Shown here in pieces: positions 1-12,399 of a stretch of 64,000 nucleotides of DNA. Every line of letters starts with the position of its first letter. Within the stretch, counting starts at the first letter, position 1. The notes under the pieces were generated by a model. It was not told where the DNA came from. It saw nothing but the letters and a program-made list of their open reading frames with translations, and searched no databases. Source of the stretch: Macrostomum lignano (taxonomy: Eukaryota); contig NIVC01000566.1 of assembly GCA_002269645.1 (NCBI GenBank), forward strand, positions 310,001-374,000, in the 5' to 3' direction. Made by a program: the position numbers and the translations under genes.

Positions 1-3000
1 GCCGCATGCTCGCCAAGTATCCGCATCAGTTCGCGCCCTACACCGGCGTCATGGGCTGCGGCCCGGACCTCGGAGCCGAGCCCTACCCCGGCACGCTCAT
101 CCGACTGCCGCTGCGGACTCAGGAGCAGGCCGGCGAGTCGCAGATCTGCCAACGGGCCTACAGCGAGCAGGAGATGCGCGACCTGCTTGACAAGACGGCT
201 CAGCAAGCCCGCCACTTGCTGCTGTTCACCCAGTCCGTGTCCAGCTTCCGGCTGCTGCATCTGCGCGATGGCTTGGACGGCTCGCTGCAGACCGACACGC
301 TGCTCAAAGTGAGTCGCAGCCTGATTAAGTGCATTCGGCCGTTGCCGGGCACAAGCGAATCAGCGGATCTGCGCTCCCAGACGCGTGTACTGGCCGCTGC
401 GGCCGAATATCTGGCGGGTGACAACGGCGGCGCTGTCGATGGAAGTTTCGCTGGGCAGCTGAAGCTGCACATCGACGTGCAGATAAACGAGACGGAAGCG
501 AAGCAGGTTGGCATCGACACGAACGTCGCTATAACCGCCTCGGACAACTGGCTGCTGAGCGTAGCTCTGGGCTCGGGCGAGTCGCTGGAGATGTCGCGTC
601 AACGCGAGGGACTCAGCCTCCCCGTCGCCAGTGTCGCCATTCGCCTGTCGGCTGGCGGCACCGCGATTGAGCCGGTGAATCGCGGCGTCGCCTTCTGCTT
701 TCTGCCGCTGCCCATCGAGTCGCCGCTGCTGTTCCACGTAAACGCCGCCTTCGCAGTCACGTCCAGCCGACGCTACCTGGAGGAGGCCACCATGGACGAA
801 GCCGAGGGCCGCTGGCACCCAGGTCGCTGGAACGCCGCCCTGCTGCGCGAAGCCGCCTGCGCCGCGCTGGTGTCTGCGCTCGAGCGACTCACTGCCGAAA
901 ACATCACGGGCGCGCCTTCGATCTGGCCGCTGCTAGAGGCCAACAACGGTGTCTGGCATCCTCTGATTGAGAGTTTCTACAGGACTGTCTTCACCGAAAG
1001 TGATCGCGCTCCAAGCATCTTCTTCACCTCGGTGGGCTGGCGGCCGCTGGCTCAAGTTGTTTTTCTCGACGAATCGGCGCTGGGTGCCGCCGCATTGGGC
1101 TTTGAAGCTGCCAATGTTGTGCGCCGTCTGGCCCGGTCACTGGTTCCGGCCGGCTCCGGCCTGGCTGAAGGCTTAGCGTCCAGCGTTCAAGCCGCTGCAG
1201 TGCGCCTCAACCTGCTTGGACACAGACTCTGGTCGGGTGAAGTCTTTGTAGCCAATTTTCTGGAACAACTTAACAGTCTGTGGGATTCGTCTGATGATGA
1301 GCGTCATTTGTGCTCCGAGTTTCTTAAATTTTTGCTTAAAAATCTGAGTAGGGAAGACATCGCACCACAGGACCCAACAGTTTGGCTCATGTCGGAGGGC
1401 ATCAGGAGCATGCTTAAATCTAGCCACTTCCTGCCTGACCAATCAAATCGGCTTTGCCGAGTAAGCGATCTGCTGGATCCGGACTGCGCTGCAGCTGCTC
1501 TGTATTTCCCAACTGACTCTGTATTTCCTAGAACAGACTTCAAAGATGACTACAGTCTACGACCTGTCCTAATTTCTCTTGGGCTTCAGTCTCAAATTCC
1601 ATTTGACCATGTTCTTGAACGAGCTAATACCGTGTCAGCACTGAGCCAAGAAAATCGCCTGGAGGACGCTTTGAAGAGGGCGCGATCTCTGATGAAGTAT
1701 CTCGATCTAAACCGGACTGAATTTCAAGATCGCCTTCGTGAGCTGGCCAGCGTTGAATTTCTTCCAGCCAAGCGGAAGCCCGACGACTGCAGCCTGCACT
1801 GGCGCTCGGATGACTACCCCGTTACTCAGCTGTTCGCACCGGAAGTTCTATTCGAGTCTAAACAAGAGACATTGGGTTCTCTCTGTCAGTTAGTTCTGGA
1901 CAGCTGTGTACTTTCAGATACCAATCATTTAGCCCGAGAAGCATTGAATAAAAGCATTGGGGTACAAAAGGAAGTACCTCGCGAAATTGCTTGGGAACAG
2001 CTGCGTAGGGCGACGCAAACGTTTAGCATCGACAGTCGTCCTGTTTGCCTGGATGTGTATGAACATTTCTCTAAGCTTCTAATCAATAATCCTAAACTGG
2101 CCGATGAGATAAAGCTTGAATTCGAAGGTCTCAGCTCACCAGCAATAGTTTACTCGGATACTGGCTACTTAAAACCACACCAGGTGTCTCTGAGTTTTAA
2201 AGATCGAGAATGTCCGCCCTACCTGTATCGCCTGCCGTCTGACCTTAGAGGGGGCTATTTTAGTCATGAAAAGTATCTGCCGTTTCTTAAAGCGATTGGC
2301 GTTCTCGAAGAATTTGACTGCACCACCTACTGCAGAGTGCTTGAAGAAATACACGAGAACAAAAGTGGATCCGCTCTGACGGATAGTGAGAGAAAGAGTT
2401 GCATTGAGCTGCTAACGCGGCTGAGTGAGCTTAGCGAGCTGCCCGAGCCATCTGAAATTTTCGCTCCAGATCATGAAGGCTTCCTAGTCCGATGCTCTCA
2501 CCTTTGTTTTGGCAGCGTGAAGTGGCTCACCAAAGTCGATAAGCTGCGCTTTGCTCACAAAGACTTGGCGTACGGCGTTTGTGAGAAGTTGCGAATCCCT
2601 GATCAGAGAGTTCAAACTCTGAGAAAACATCACGTGCCGCTGCCGTTCGGCCAAAAAGAAGAGCTCACTACTCGACTCAAAGGAATTCTTCAAGGCTATC
2701 CTCTGGGCATCGAGATCTTCAAGGAGCTCGTTCAGAACGCGGACGACGCCGGTGCTACTAGGCTGCACTTCATCAACGATCGTCGCAATCTCGGAACAGA
2801 GAAGGTGCTGAGCGACGAGTGGAAGACGCTACAGGGACCGGCGCTCGTAGTTGTCAATGACACGACGTTCAATGACGAAGACATCGAAGGAATTCAGAAG
2901 CTTGGTGTCGGCTCCAAAGGAAGCCAGCCCTGGAAAACGGGGCAGTACGGCATAGGGTTCAATTGTGTCTATCACGTGACGGATGTGCCGATGTTTCTCT

Positions 3001-6000
3001 CTGACAATCGGGTCCTGTGCGTGATGGACCCCCACTGCAGGCACATGCCGCATGCCAACACAGAAAGTCCAGGCGGAATGTACAAAGATGAAGGTCTTGA
3101 CGAAGTGAGGGACGATTTTCGTGACGTTTTCGATGGATTCAAAATTACCAATGAGACCACGACCGGCTCCACTGTCTTTAGACTGCCTCTCAGAACTTTG
3201 GAAACGGCGCGCCTGTCTGAGATTTTCCCGGCTGCAAAACCTTTGAATTCTGATGACATCTGCAAACTATTTAAAGAGTTTGCTGAAGATTTGTCGGAAA
3301 TCTTACTGTTTTTGAGCAGTGTCAAGACTATTCAACTCTCTGAACTGGGCACTGATGGCAAGCTGACCAAAGTTTTTGAAACAAGCTCGACTATATCGGA
3401 CCCATCGGCCTGCATTCGATTCAGAGGCGAGTGTCAGAAAATCGGCAGGCAGCTGGTTCAGAAAGATTTCGACCCGAAACTCCTGCAATTGTGCACGCAG
3501 GAAGTGTATGAGGCTACGATCTCTACCCATAACAACTTTTTACAAGAACCTGACTCCACCAGCAGTAAGTGGATTGTAGCCCAGCAACTCGGGTTGCCAG
3601 CTGACTCAGCGAGCGTCATTCCCAGCAAAGACCAGAGCAAGCTTGGCTATGCTGTTTCCAATGGCGAGTGGAAGGCACTTCCGAAGGTAGGAGTGGCAGC
3701 GCGGCTTGATCAGAGCAAAAAGTTCCACCGAGAACACCGCGTGTTCAACCTGCTGCCGCTTCCCCTGACGACCGATCTGCCTGTTCACATCAACGGCCAC
3801 TTTGCCCTTGACCCGTCTCGCCGCAGCCTGTGGGAGGCTCATTCTAGCGATGCCTCTGCCGAATGGAACAATCTGCTAGTGAGCACTGCTCTTCCTGTGT
3901 GCTACGCAACTCTTCTGGAGGCGGCGACGCTGCGTCTACCTCTTGAAGATCCAATCAAAAGTAATGGTAATTCATCACCCTTTGAACATTATTACCGTTT
4001 GTTTCCAGAGGCAAAGGATGAGAAACCCGGCAAGTCCCACTGGAACACAATGGCGATTGAATTCTACAAAGAAGTGTTTAAAAACCGGCGCGAAGTCTTT
4101 CCAGTCGTTGATCTGACAAATCAGAGCAGGATTACCTGGCTCCCTCTTGCTCAAAGCCCTCAGTCAGTAGATGGGAAGTCCGCCTTTCTGCAAGAGGATT
4201 TGTCTGAAGATGTATCGGAAGTTTTGCAACGTCTGGGCCTGCCTCTCATCGTCAGAGGGCGTCGCTTTACTGATTGCATGAAAAGCAGCGGGCTGAGCTA
4301 TGTACCCAATGCGAATCCGGAGAATATAATCAACTACTTGAAGGGAGTCCGCTGCTCGGCGTTGCGCGACTCTCTTCCAATTCAGGTCGAGCTGACTCCA
4401 TTTGCCGGAGTACTGGGAGTCGAGACTTTGATGCACTACTTGCTCACAAATCTGTCTCCTGAGGAGCAAACCGACACTAAAGACTCTGAAAGGGACTCTG
4501 CTGAGATTCAGCGTATGGCCTCGCTAATCAGCACACCATTGAATCTGACCGCTGATGGAATGCTTCGAATTTTCAAGGCGGTGAATCCTTCATTTCTTAC
4601 AGAATACGTGCGACTGATACCAGCCAAATCTACCGACTTGCTTTCGCAGTTCTGCCACAAAAAGATTCAAGAGGTTTTTAAGCCCCCGCCACCGCCACCT
4701 TCAACCTCGCTTCCCGTCAGATATTTTTCAAGGCCCAACCGCTGTCCCAGTGCTCACAAATCCGGCCTGTACCGCAAATTCAGCATTGCTGAGTTCCGCC
4801 GTTGTCTTGGCAACTTCTTGCCTGCCTGCGGCTCTCCAAACGTCCCGTGCATTCCGCTAGCTAGATTTGAGACTCAGTTGAGGGGCTTGAAATTTGCAGA
4901 CTGGATTCGAGACGTCTGGAAATTCCTCTCAGAGGAGTACGAGATTGTACGCAAAACGTATGATAGCGCTGCTGCGGAATATTATAAAGTCAACTGCAGG
5001 CGTTATCCTCAGAAACCACCTGAAATCAAAGATGTTCTAGCTCCCGTGTCAGACGCAGCCCTAGTGCCAGCCAGCTTTGAGTGGGCATGGGAGAAACGCA
5101 TTTCATGCTGGAGTTGGCTGTTTAAAATATCGCATGTGTCTTCAGTGTACCACAAGTCTTCACCAAAACCGTTCGATTTGGAAGAGAAAATTGAAGAGGC
5201 TCTTTGTCAGCTAAAGGCTCCACTTTTAACAATCTATGACAGTAAATTGATCAAACTAGTAGGGAAATTGGAGGAGCCCAACTCGATGCTTACTGTGCTA
5301 CGCTACGCACTTAACGAAAATCGTCACAAACCGCGCCATTTGCCTTCTGCTGACATGGCGAACAGCTTTGCCTGCTTTGTTCAGCAACATCAAGGCGCAA
5401 TGGAGCAGGTGATTGACGGCAGAGACTTGATCAGTGAGCTGCAGCGTCTACCGATTTTTGTAACTCTCAGTGGCGAGTGCGTTGCGTTGGAGAATTCAGA
5501 CCCAAGAATTTTACCTGCCGACTTGGTTTTTGAGGAGATGCACCTGTGGAGTCGAGGAAGCCAGTGCGTCTTCCTAAGAAAAAACTTTGAGCTGGAGAAA
5601 TTGCATAGCCTAATGTGTTGCAACGAACTAAGTGAATTTGCAGCCTATGTTGACTTTATCCTACCGGTTTTCGACTATTTTTCAAACCATACAAAGCAAG
5701 CTCATCTGCAAAAACTGAAGTCACTCGCTTGGGATTTTCAGGGATTGAGTTATTGCAATCCTAGTGAAAGTCGCTCGTTTGAAGACGCGCTGAAAAACGC
5801 CAGAATTGTTCCGTTTCAGCAGTCCTGGTGCAGAGCCAGCAACTTTTTCGACCATCGTGTGGATATTTTTAGAGAATTCTGTCCGTCAGAAGGGTTCCTT
5901 CCACGCCAATTTCAGAAAGATGACATGCTCACACTGATGGAGCTGGCAGGACTGGTAACTGAGTGCTCACCCGATATGGTGCTGCGGTTCGCTAACGATA

Positions 6001-8183
6001 CCGCCAATCTGCCACTCGACTTGGCTCGAAACAAATCGGAGACTCTACTGAAGTTTGTAGCTAGCCAAAGCTTCGAGCAGCATCGCACAGAAGCATTCCT
6101 GTCTCAACTTGCCAGAATATCATTCATTGTGCCGGATGTGAAGCCTGAGCTGCAACAGCTGTGCGACAAGGGCTATGTACAGTTTTCTTCACTTGAAAAT
6201 TGTGTAACCCCGAAGAACGTGTACATCTGTTGGACAGTGCTTCCTGTGGCTCCCGCTTTCATCGAAGAACTGGGTTGCTTTAGAAAGTACCTGCAGGAGA
6301 AGCCCCAGAAGGACAAGTTTTTCTCGCATTTGAAGAACCTAATCGGATCTCGTCAGTTCGGCAACGCTGGTCTGGCGGACAGTTTAAAGCAAGTCAGAGG
6401 CAAGGTGATGCACAAAGTTTACTCATTCATGAGCTCACTCGATCAGGCAGCTTCAAAGCACTACCTGAATGCTCTAAGAGATTCACCGTGCATTCTCGTC
6501 GACAACTGTTCGAGATTTGCTCAGCCAAGCCAAGTCACTCTGACTGAAAGGGATGAGATCCCACCGTTTCTCTTTGCCTGCCCTTCTGGCTTCTTGCAGT
6601 ACAGCGAGCTTTTTCTAAAACTCGGAGTAACACGGCAGCCGAGCATTGAGCAGGCTGCGATGGTGCTGCAGCTAATCAAGAGCGCTGCCAAGGATGATTC
6701 ATTGCCGGTGGCCCTGTTGGAACCGACAGCAAAATGCATTTGCCTGTTGCTATCGCTTCTCCATCAGCAGGGTGCATTTCCAACCGGCATTCGCCTGTGC
6801 CTGCCAACATCAGTCAGTACGGAGGAGGAGACCCCCAAGAGCTACAAGCTGGTCGAGGCAAGCCAGGTGGTGATCAATGACGCAGTTGCATATTTCGAAC
6901 GTTTGGGAAGTGCAACGCTGTCAGGAATTCAGTTCCTGGATCTGGAATTCTGCGGAATCAGCGCAGATCAGCAGCGAACTCTTGAGCGCAACCTGAACAA
7001 GGATCTGGGTGTTCGAAGACTGTCGGAACTCGTCAAGGAACAACTGGTGCTCGGTGAGTGTCCTGAGTGCTCCGCTGGCGAGGCCGGTTGCCAGGTGTGC
7101 GCTGAATTTTCGAAGAAGCTTAGCAGCTCAGATTTTCGCAGCGGACTCGCAAGCGTCATCGTTTCCGATTCTATGGACGTAAACATTGAGAGCACATTCA
7201 AATCGGTCAATGGAATATTAGAAGTCTTTCGCATCGCTTGCAAGCAGAAATTGGTTACTGTGCTGGTAATGAATGGCACAGAGATCGACGCATCCAAGAG
7301 GCGAAGGAAGTTTTTGCTTAAAGACGGCACGATCTACATGAACCATCTCGACCGCTTGCCAGAGGGCGATGATCGGAACTTTTGGCTCAAGGAACTGATG
7401 GGAGCTGTGCACGGTCTATTGGAGCCAAGCTTCAGCCTCACCTCACAACAAACATCAAGGCTGCAGTTCATGATGATGCTTGAAGATTTCAGAAATATTC
7501 CCCAGATGCTGCAAGAGGAAAACATTCGCTTTTATGGCCAGAGCGATGACTTGAAGGACATGTGGCATGGAGTTGAGCTGGGAAGTCCGGTCAATCCGAT
7601 GGACGCATTAAAACTCGAGCCGTTGGGCTTGACACACCTGCAGCCAGACGACCTGGTAGCGTTTGCGGATGCCGAGGCCGGAGGGTCGCTGATCTACGCC
7701 CGAATCGTCGAGTCACATGGCTCAGTCGATCCCAAAAGCGATGAAGGCGAGTCTGACAGCAGCGAGTGGAGCCTCGAGTTCACCGTCGACTGCGGTCGTC
7801 AGCGCGGCCGAAAAGTGCGGGCGTCGGCGGCACTGCTGCAAGCTTTTGGAAAGATCGAGAATGAATTGGAGTTGCATGAGAACAATAGCGACTGGGAACG
7901 CAGGATGGAGCAGCAGATTCACAAAGCGGCTCGCTTATCCGATAATTTCGAACGGAAAGCCGCCACCCGGCGAATTCTCGACGCCTGCGATTCAAACCGC
8001 TTCGACGAGGAGCAGCAGCCGGATCCCGAGGCGATTCGGCGGGTGCAGAGTCTCGCTCAAGAGCAGCTGGGGGGCAGTCTGTCTAACGGCGACTGGGAGA
8101 TGATGAGCAGAAATGCTGCCAGGGCTGCTCGAAGGTATCGATCGGCGCGAGCTGAAAGTCGCATGAATGGCGACTTTGGCTTC

Positions 8184-8224
<41 letters not shown>

Positions 8225-8731
8225 CGAAGGCGGTTTGGGTGACGCCTTTTGCGGGGCCTTTAACAGCGCCAGGACGGGTGGCGGAGGTGGCGGCGGTTTT
8301 GGCGGACCTGGGTGCATTCCTCCGTCGCCAGGTGAGGCGCAGCGCTATCTAAAAACGGCCCAAGGTGACGCGGAGGCGGCCGTGGCCACGGCGACTGGAG
8401 CGGGCGCTGAACGAGCCTGCTGGGCCTGCTACCAGAGCTGGCAGGCCGCCGAGAAGGCGATGAAGGCCGTCGTGCTTGCCGAGAATCGACCGGCTGAGCG
8501 GAGTCACAACCTTATGAGCCACCTGCTTCTGGTTGGCGATGATGAGCTGCGAGACCAGCTAGAGCCGCTGGTGCACGACCTGCTGCTGTACTTCACCGGG
8601 ACCCGCGCTATCCGCGTGATGGCGCCACGCCTTACGACGCGTTCCGCGCCGAGCACGCGCGACAGGCCAGCGAGGCGGCAGCCGGCATTGTGCGACTGGT
8701 GGAGGCGGCCGTGAGCGATGCCACCGATTGA
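1..8731 (+). CDS. SACS: Sacsin-like protein, copy A (5'-partial; last large exon; 1-nt deletion near 8585 shifts the HEPN C-terminus)
   Basis: 2902-aa ORF with a sacsin SRR/Hsp90-like ATPase motif (FGQKEELTTRLKGIL...KELVQNADDAGA...QGPAL...GQYGIGFNCVYHVTDVP), PVHINGHFAL motifs and a HEPN-like end (ACYQSWQAAEKAMKA...RSHNL). Copy A reads ctgctgctgtac where copy B reads ctgctggctgtac; restoring the g gives ...HRDPRYP...SDATD* with the stop at 8729-8731. Confidence 0.9.
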
Positions 8732-9339
8732 AGACCTGGCGTTGGCTGCAGCTGATTGGGTCTGTTTGGTTTCATTGATGCCAAGACACCAAGAGTAAGC
8801 TGAGCATGAGTTGAGTTTCTTTTATGCAGAGGCGGGCAAGTTGGAGCTGGTAAATTTAGCAGAAGATTCGAGGCGATTACACTTTCAATCTAAGAAATAG
8901 CTGATGAATTTAGACCAGATGATAAAGTTTACCAGATACTAGCGACTAGAACTCTGGACCGACAAACCCATGAGAAACGTTTGCCTGCCTCAGCGGTTGA
9001 AGCGTAGGTGCAGTCAGCTTCCAGTAATCAAGTAATCAATAATTCTACGTCGTGTTTTTATTCCGTTGGGAAAATGATGCATTGTCTATTCAATTGTCTA
9101 TTTAAAATAATGTCTGCTTTAATCAAGCCTTTAACTTAATTTAAGGTTTTTTTTCTACTTTGTATTGGTTTGATGTCTAGTTTATTAAATTAACGCCTAA
9201 TTAATCCAGTCACATTTAAATAGACTGGTAAACCTAGAAATTGCATGCTCTTAATTATCTGCAAGGTTGGGAGAAAATTGGGCCAAAGCCAATTGCCTAA
9301 AATCTTATAAGAACGATTCCAAAATAACCCACGTGTTGT

Positions 9340-9695
9340 TCTCCCGCTTATCAAATTCAAAGTGTCTTTTGGAAGAAAAAGATCCCCTCTCCTTCCCTTC
9401 ATCATTTCTCCTATCCCGGAGCCTCTTCTGTCTTCTCTTTCATCTCTCCCCTCTCCTCCCTCCCCTCTTTCCCCTTTTTTCTCTCTTCCACTCTCTCCCC
9501 TCTCCCCTCTACTGTCTCCACTTTCTCTCCTCTCTCCGCTTATCTTCTATCTCTTCTTTTATCTCATCCCATCTATCTTCTCTCATTTCTCATCTTTCAT
9601 TCCCTCTCATTTCCACTTTTATCAGACCCGGAGTCATAAATTGGATTCTTTTTCTGCCCTTGAGGTAAAAAAGTTTGCCGAGCCCGGTTCGATCA
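9340..9695. mobile_element. CT-rich non-autonomous element with a hAT-like end (related copies at about 32040-32375, 47247-47770 reversed, 60745-61190)
   Basis: Pyrimidine-rich body ending in gaggtaaaaaagtttgccga, the reverse complement of the caggggttggcaaactttttacctc end seen at 47247. No paired TIR or TSD confirmed. Confidence 0.4.
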
Positions 9696-10619
9696 GAGAC
9701 TCCGGGAACGCCATCCCACGACCTACCGGTATCACTATCACCCCCTCTACACTATTATTCTCATGGACAGCTTCTAGCAAAACTGAAAAGTTTCTCCATT
9801 GGTCGATTTTATTACCAAGCTAAAGTGTTATCACTTATCAACATGGTAGAAGTGCCAAGTTCCCATATTTGATAAATATTATTACATTTTCTTACTTTTT
9901 GCCAGAATAGGACCAACCCCAGCACACGAAACTCAAGGACATGGTTGAACATATTTGTTGCAAACCTTCTGAAACAAGATTTAAGTCACCACACCTTCAG
10001 GTTCAGACCAGACCAGAAAATCGATTCAAAATAAGAGAGTTGCTATAATAGAATAAGCTTGGTACTTCTACTGTTAATTTACTCGTCCTAATTGCTAAAT
10101 ATTATTTTTATCATTTGTCACTGTTTTTGTTTTCTTATTGTTTTTGCTGATGTCTTGCATACTTAATCTGTTTAGTTACTCTAGAATACTATAGCAGTAT
10201 AATTAACTTTCTTTCTTTACTTAGACTTACGCTCGTAGGCAGACTTCTTTAATATTTTACTTAAAATCTACATAACGATCCCATCGAACCTTAAAATTTA
10301 TTCAGTTATATTTTTACTCTCCTAATTCTGTATGTGTTTGCGTCGTTTTAAAATTCTGCTCCGTCAATTTATTCATAATACACCTTTTGACGTGAATTAA
10401 GTCAAATTTTGTTTTGCCTTTGTCCTTACTATTAATAAATCTCGTTTGAATGTGTCTTAAGATTTAGGAATTTACTAGCAATCTTCGCCCCCCGATGGGG
10501 GACATCTGGATAGAATCTCTGTTCTCTACACGTATCAAAAAGAAAGCCAAATAAAGCCTTCACAAAGACAATAGACAAACTGCTCAAATGAAGACCATTG
10601 CGAAAAGAAAACATCCCAA

Positions 10620-11080
10620 GACAGCATGCAAGCATCCCTCCCCCCAGATAACAAGCATCCCCCCCCCCAGATAGCAAGCACCCCCAGATAGCAAGCATCC
10701 ACCTAATAGCAAGCACCCCCAGATAGCAAGCATCCACCTAATAGCAAGCACCCCCAGATAGCAGGCACCCCCAGATAGCAAGCATCCACCTAATAGCAAG
10801 CACCCCCAGATAGCAGGCACCCCCAGATAGCAAGCATCCACCTAATAGCAAGCACCCCCAGATAGCAGGCACCCCCAGATAGCAAGCATCCACCTAATAG
10901 CAAGCACCCCCAGATAGCAGGCACCCCCAGATAGCAAGCATCCACCTAATAGCAAGCACCCCCAGATAGCAGGCACCCCCAGATAGCAAGCATCCACCTA
11001 ATAGCAAGCACCCCCAGATAGCAGGCACCCCCAGATAGCAAGCATCCACCTAATAGCAAGTATCGATCCTTAAATAGCAA
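10620..11080. repeat. 17/18-bp minisatellite (cccccagatagcaagca) organised as a 52-bp higher-order repeat
   Basis: cccccagatagcagg recurs with a 52-nt period (e.g. 10751, 10803). Confidence 0.9.
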
Positions 11081-11124
11081 GCATCCACCAGACAATAAGT
11101 ATCTAGTGCAACAATTTCCTTAGC

Positions 11125-11340
11125 TTTATGGTGGCTCCTTTATGATTGGCATGACGCTTCTTTTTACGTTTGAAATGGTGTCTCTTATGTTTGACATGAT
11201 GGATCTTTAATGTTAGGCATGGTGGCTCTTTAATGGTAGGCATGGTGGCTCTTTAATGTTTGAAATGGTGGCTCTTTTATGTTTGACATGGTGGGTCTTA
11301 AATGTTTGCCATGATGGCTCTTTTATGTTAGGCATGGAGT
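11125..11340. repeat. Degenerate ~24-bp tandem repeat (atggtggctctttaatgttaggc)
   Basis: Several imperfect copies visible directly. Confidence 0.75.
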
Positions 11341-11679
11341 CACATATATGTTTCTCAATAGAATCTCTGTTCTCTACAAGTAACAAAAAGACAGCCAAAT
11401 AGAGCTTTCACAAAGACAACAGAAAAACTGCTCAAATGAAGTGCAACGCAAAAAGAAAACATCCCAAGACAGCAAGCATTTTTAGGAATTTATGCAAAAA
11501 TATCGAAAGTTCCAGGGATTATACGCTCGTAATACCGCCGGTTTTAACAGCTTGTAAATTATATTCTGCAACGCACAAGCTGCAAATCTGTTGGTTTTCG
11601 TGTGTCAACCAACTGCAGTCGGATGGACCGATAAGAAAGTTCTTTTTGACTTAATAAAAAAATTGGGGTCTACAACAAT

Positions 11680-11842
11680 TGACTGCCACAATTTGACCGC
11701 CCTAATTTGACAGCGGTCAATTTTACTGCGGACAATTTGACCGCCGAACAATTTGACTGCGGACAATTTGACTGCGGACAATTTGACTGCGAACAATTTG
11801 ACTGCCGACAATTTGACTGCCAACAAAATGACTGCGGAAATT
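11680..11842. repeat. 15-bp minisatellite (aatttgactgcggac); paralogous array at 33305-33490
   Basis: Direct tandem copies; same position in the copy B flank. Confidence 0.9.
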
Positions 11843-12399
11843 TGAATGCCTCAAGTACTACATGTACGTCGTACATCCTTTTTATCTATGCATTGATCGT
11901 ATTTATGCAGTACTTACAATTCGCTCTTTACGAGTGAAGATGCAAGCTACACTTTCCTTCCAGCAATACATGCATGTATATGTTATAACGAATGTTCAAA
12001 TGGATCATCTATACGTAGCTGCGTTCTGTTGAGCTGAGTGCTTTTTATAAAGATAACTTAGCATTAAATTTAGCTTTTGACTATTAGTCTGTTAGGCTAT
12101 TATTAGGATTTATAGAACGCGTCTGTGGCATTTCTTTTAAGTCTGGACGATTTAATAAGATTCAAATTTATGAGATTAATGACATAGGAGAAAGAAAGAA
12201 AGGATACTTAATGTCATTAACTGCCCGCTAATTTTATCCCCCTTTGTCAAGGACACAAATGTCTATGGCACAATAATGGCACAATAATCTCACTGGGCTG
12301 GAAAATCAGAGGTATCGCGGACAGAAAATGGAAGTATCGCGCTTGGGCCTCACTGGTATATATCATTCACTGTGTACATCACTGCTATGTATTTGACTG

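Larger units (their letters stand above)
10475..11480 (-). mobile_element. Non-autonomous Helitron-like insertion carrying minisatellites
   Basis: On the minus strand it ends in a hairpin (cccccatcgggggg), about 9 nt, then CTAG followed by T. It is absent from copy B (33120-33131) and copy C. It is flanked by tttaggaattta at 10463-10474 and 11481-11492 and has an internal ~120-bp direct repeat (10508-10630 / 11359-11480). Confidence 0.55.
8732..12200. repeat. 3' flank of the sacsin tandem-duplication unit (paralogous to about 31405-34530 and, more diverged, 37584-39450)
   Basis: Near-identical non-coding sequence follows each stop (gaagacctggcgttggctgcagctgatt...). Collinearity with copy B continues to gacataggagaaagaa (about 12200 versus about 34535). 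Confidence 0.9.

Noticed and set aside
8330-8731. HEPN as a Cas13/RNase L-type RxxxxH nuclease
   Set aside because: No RxxxxH motif seen (RSHNL and RYP only); it fits the sacsin/MNT-associated HEPN type, so RNase activity is unsupported.
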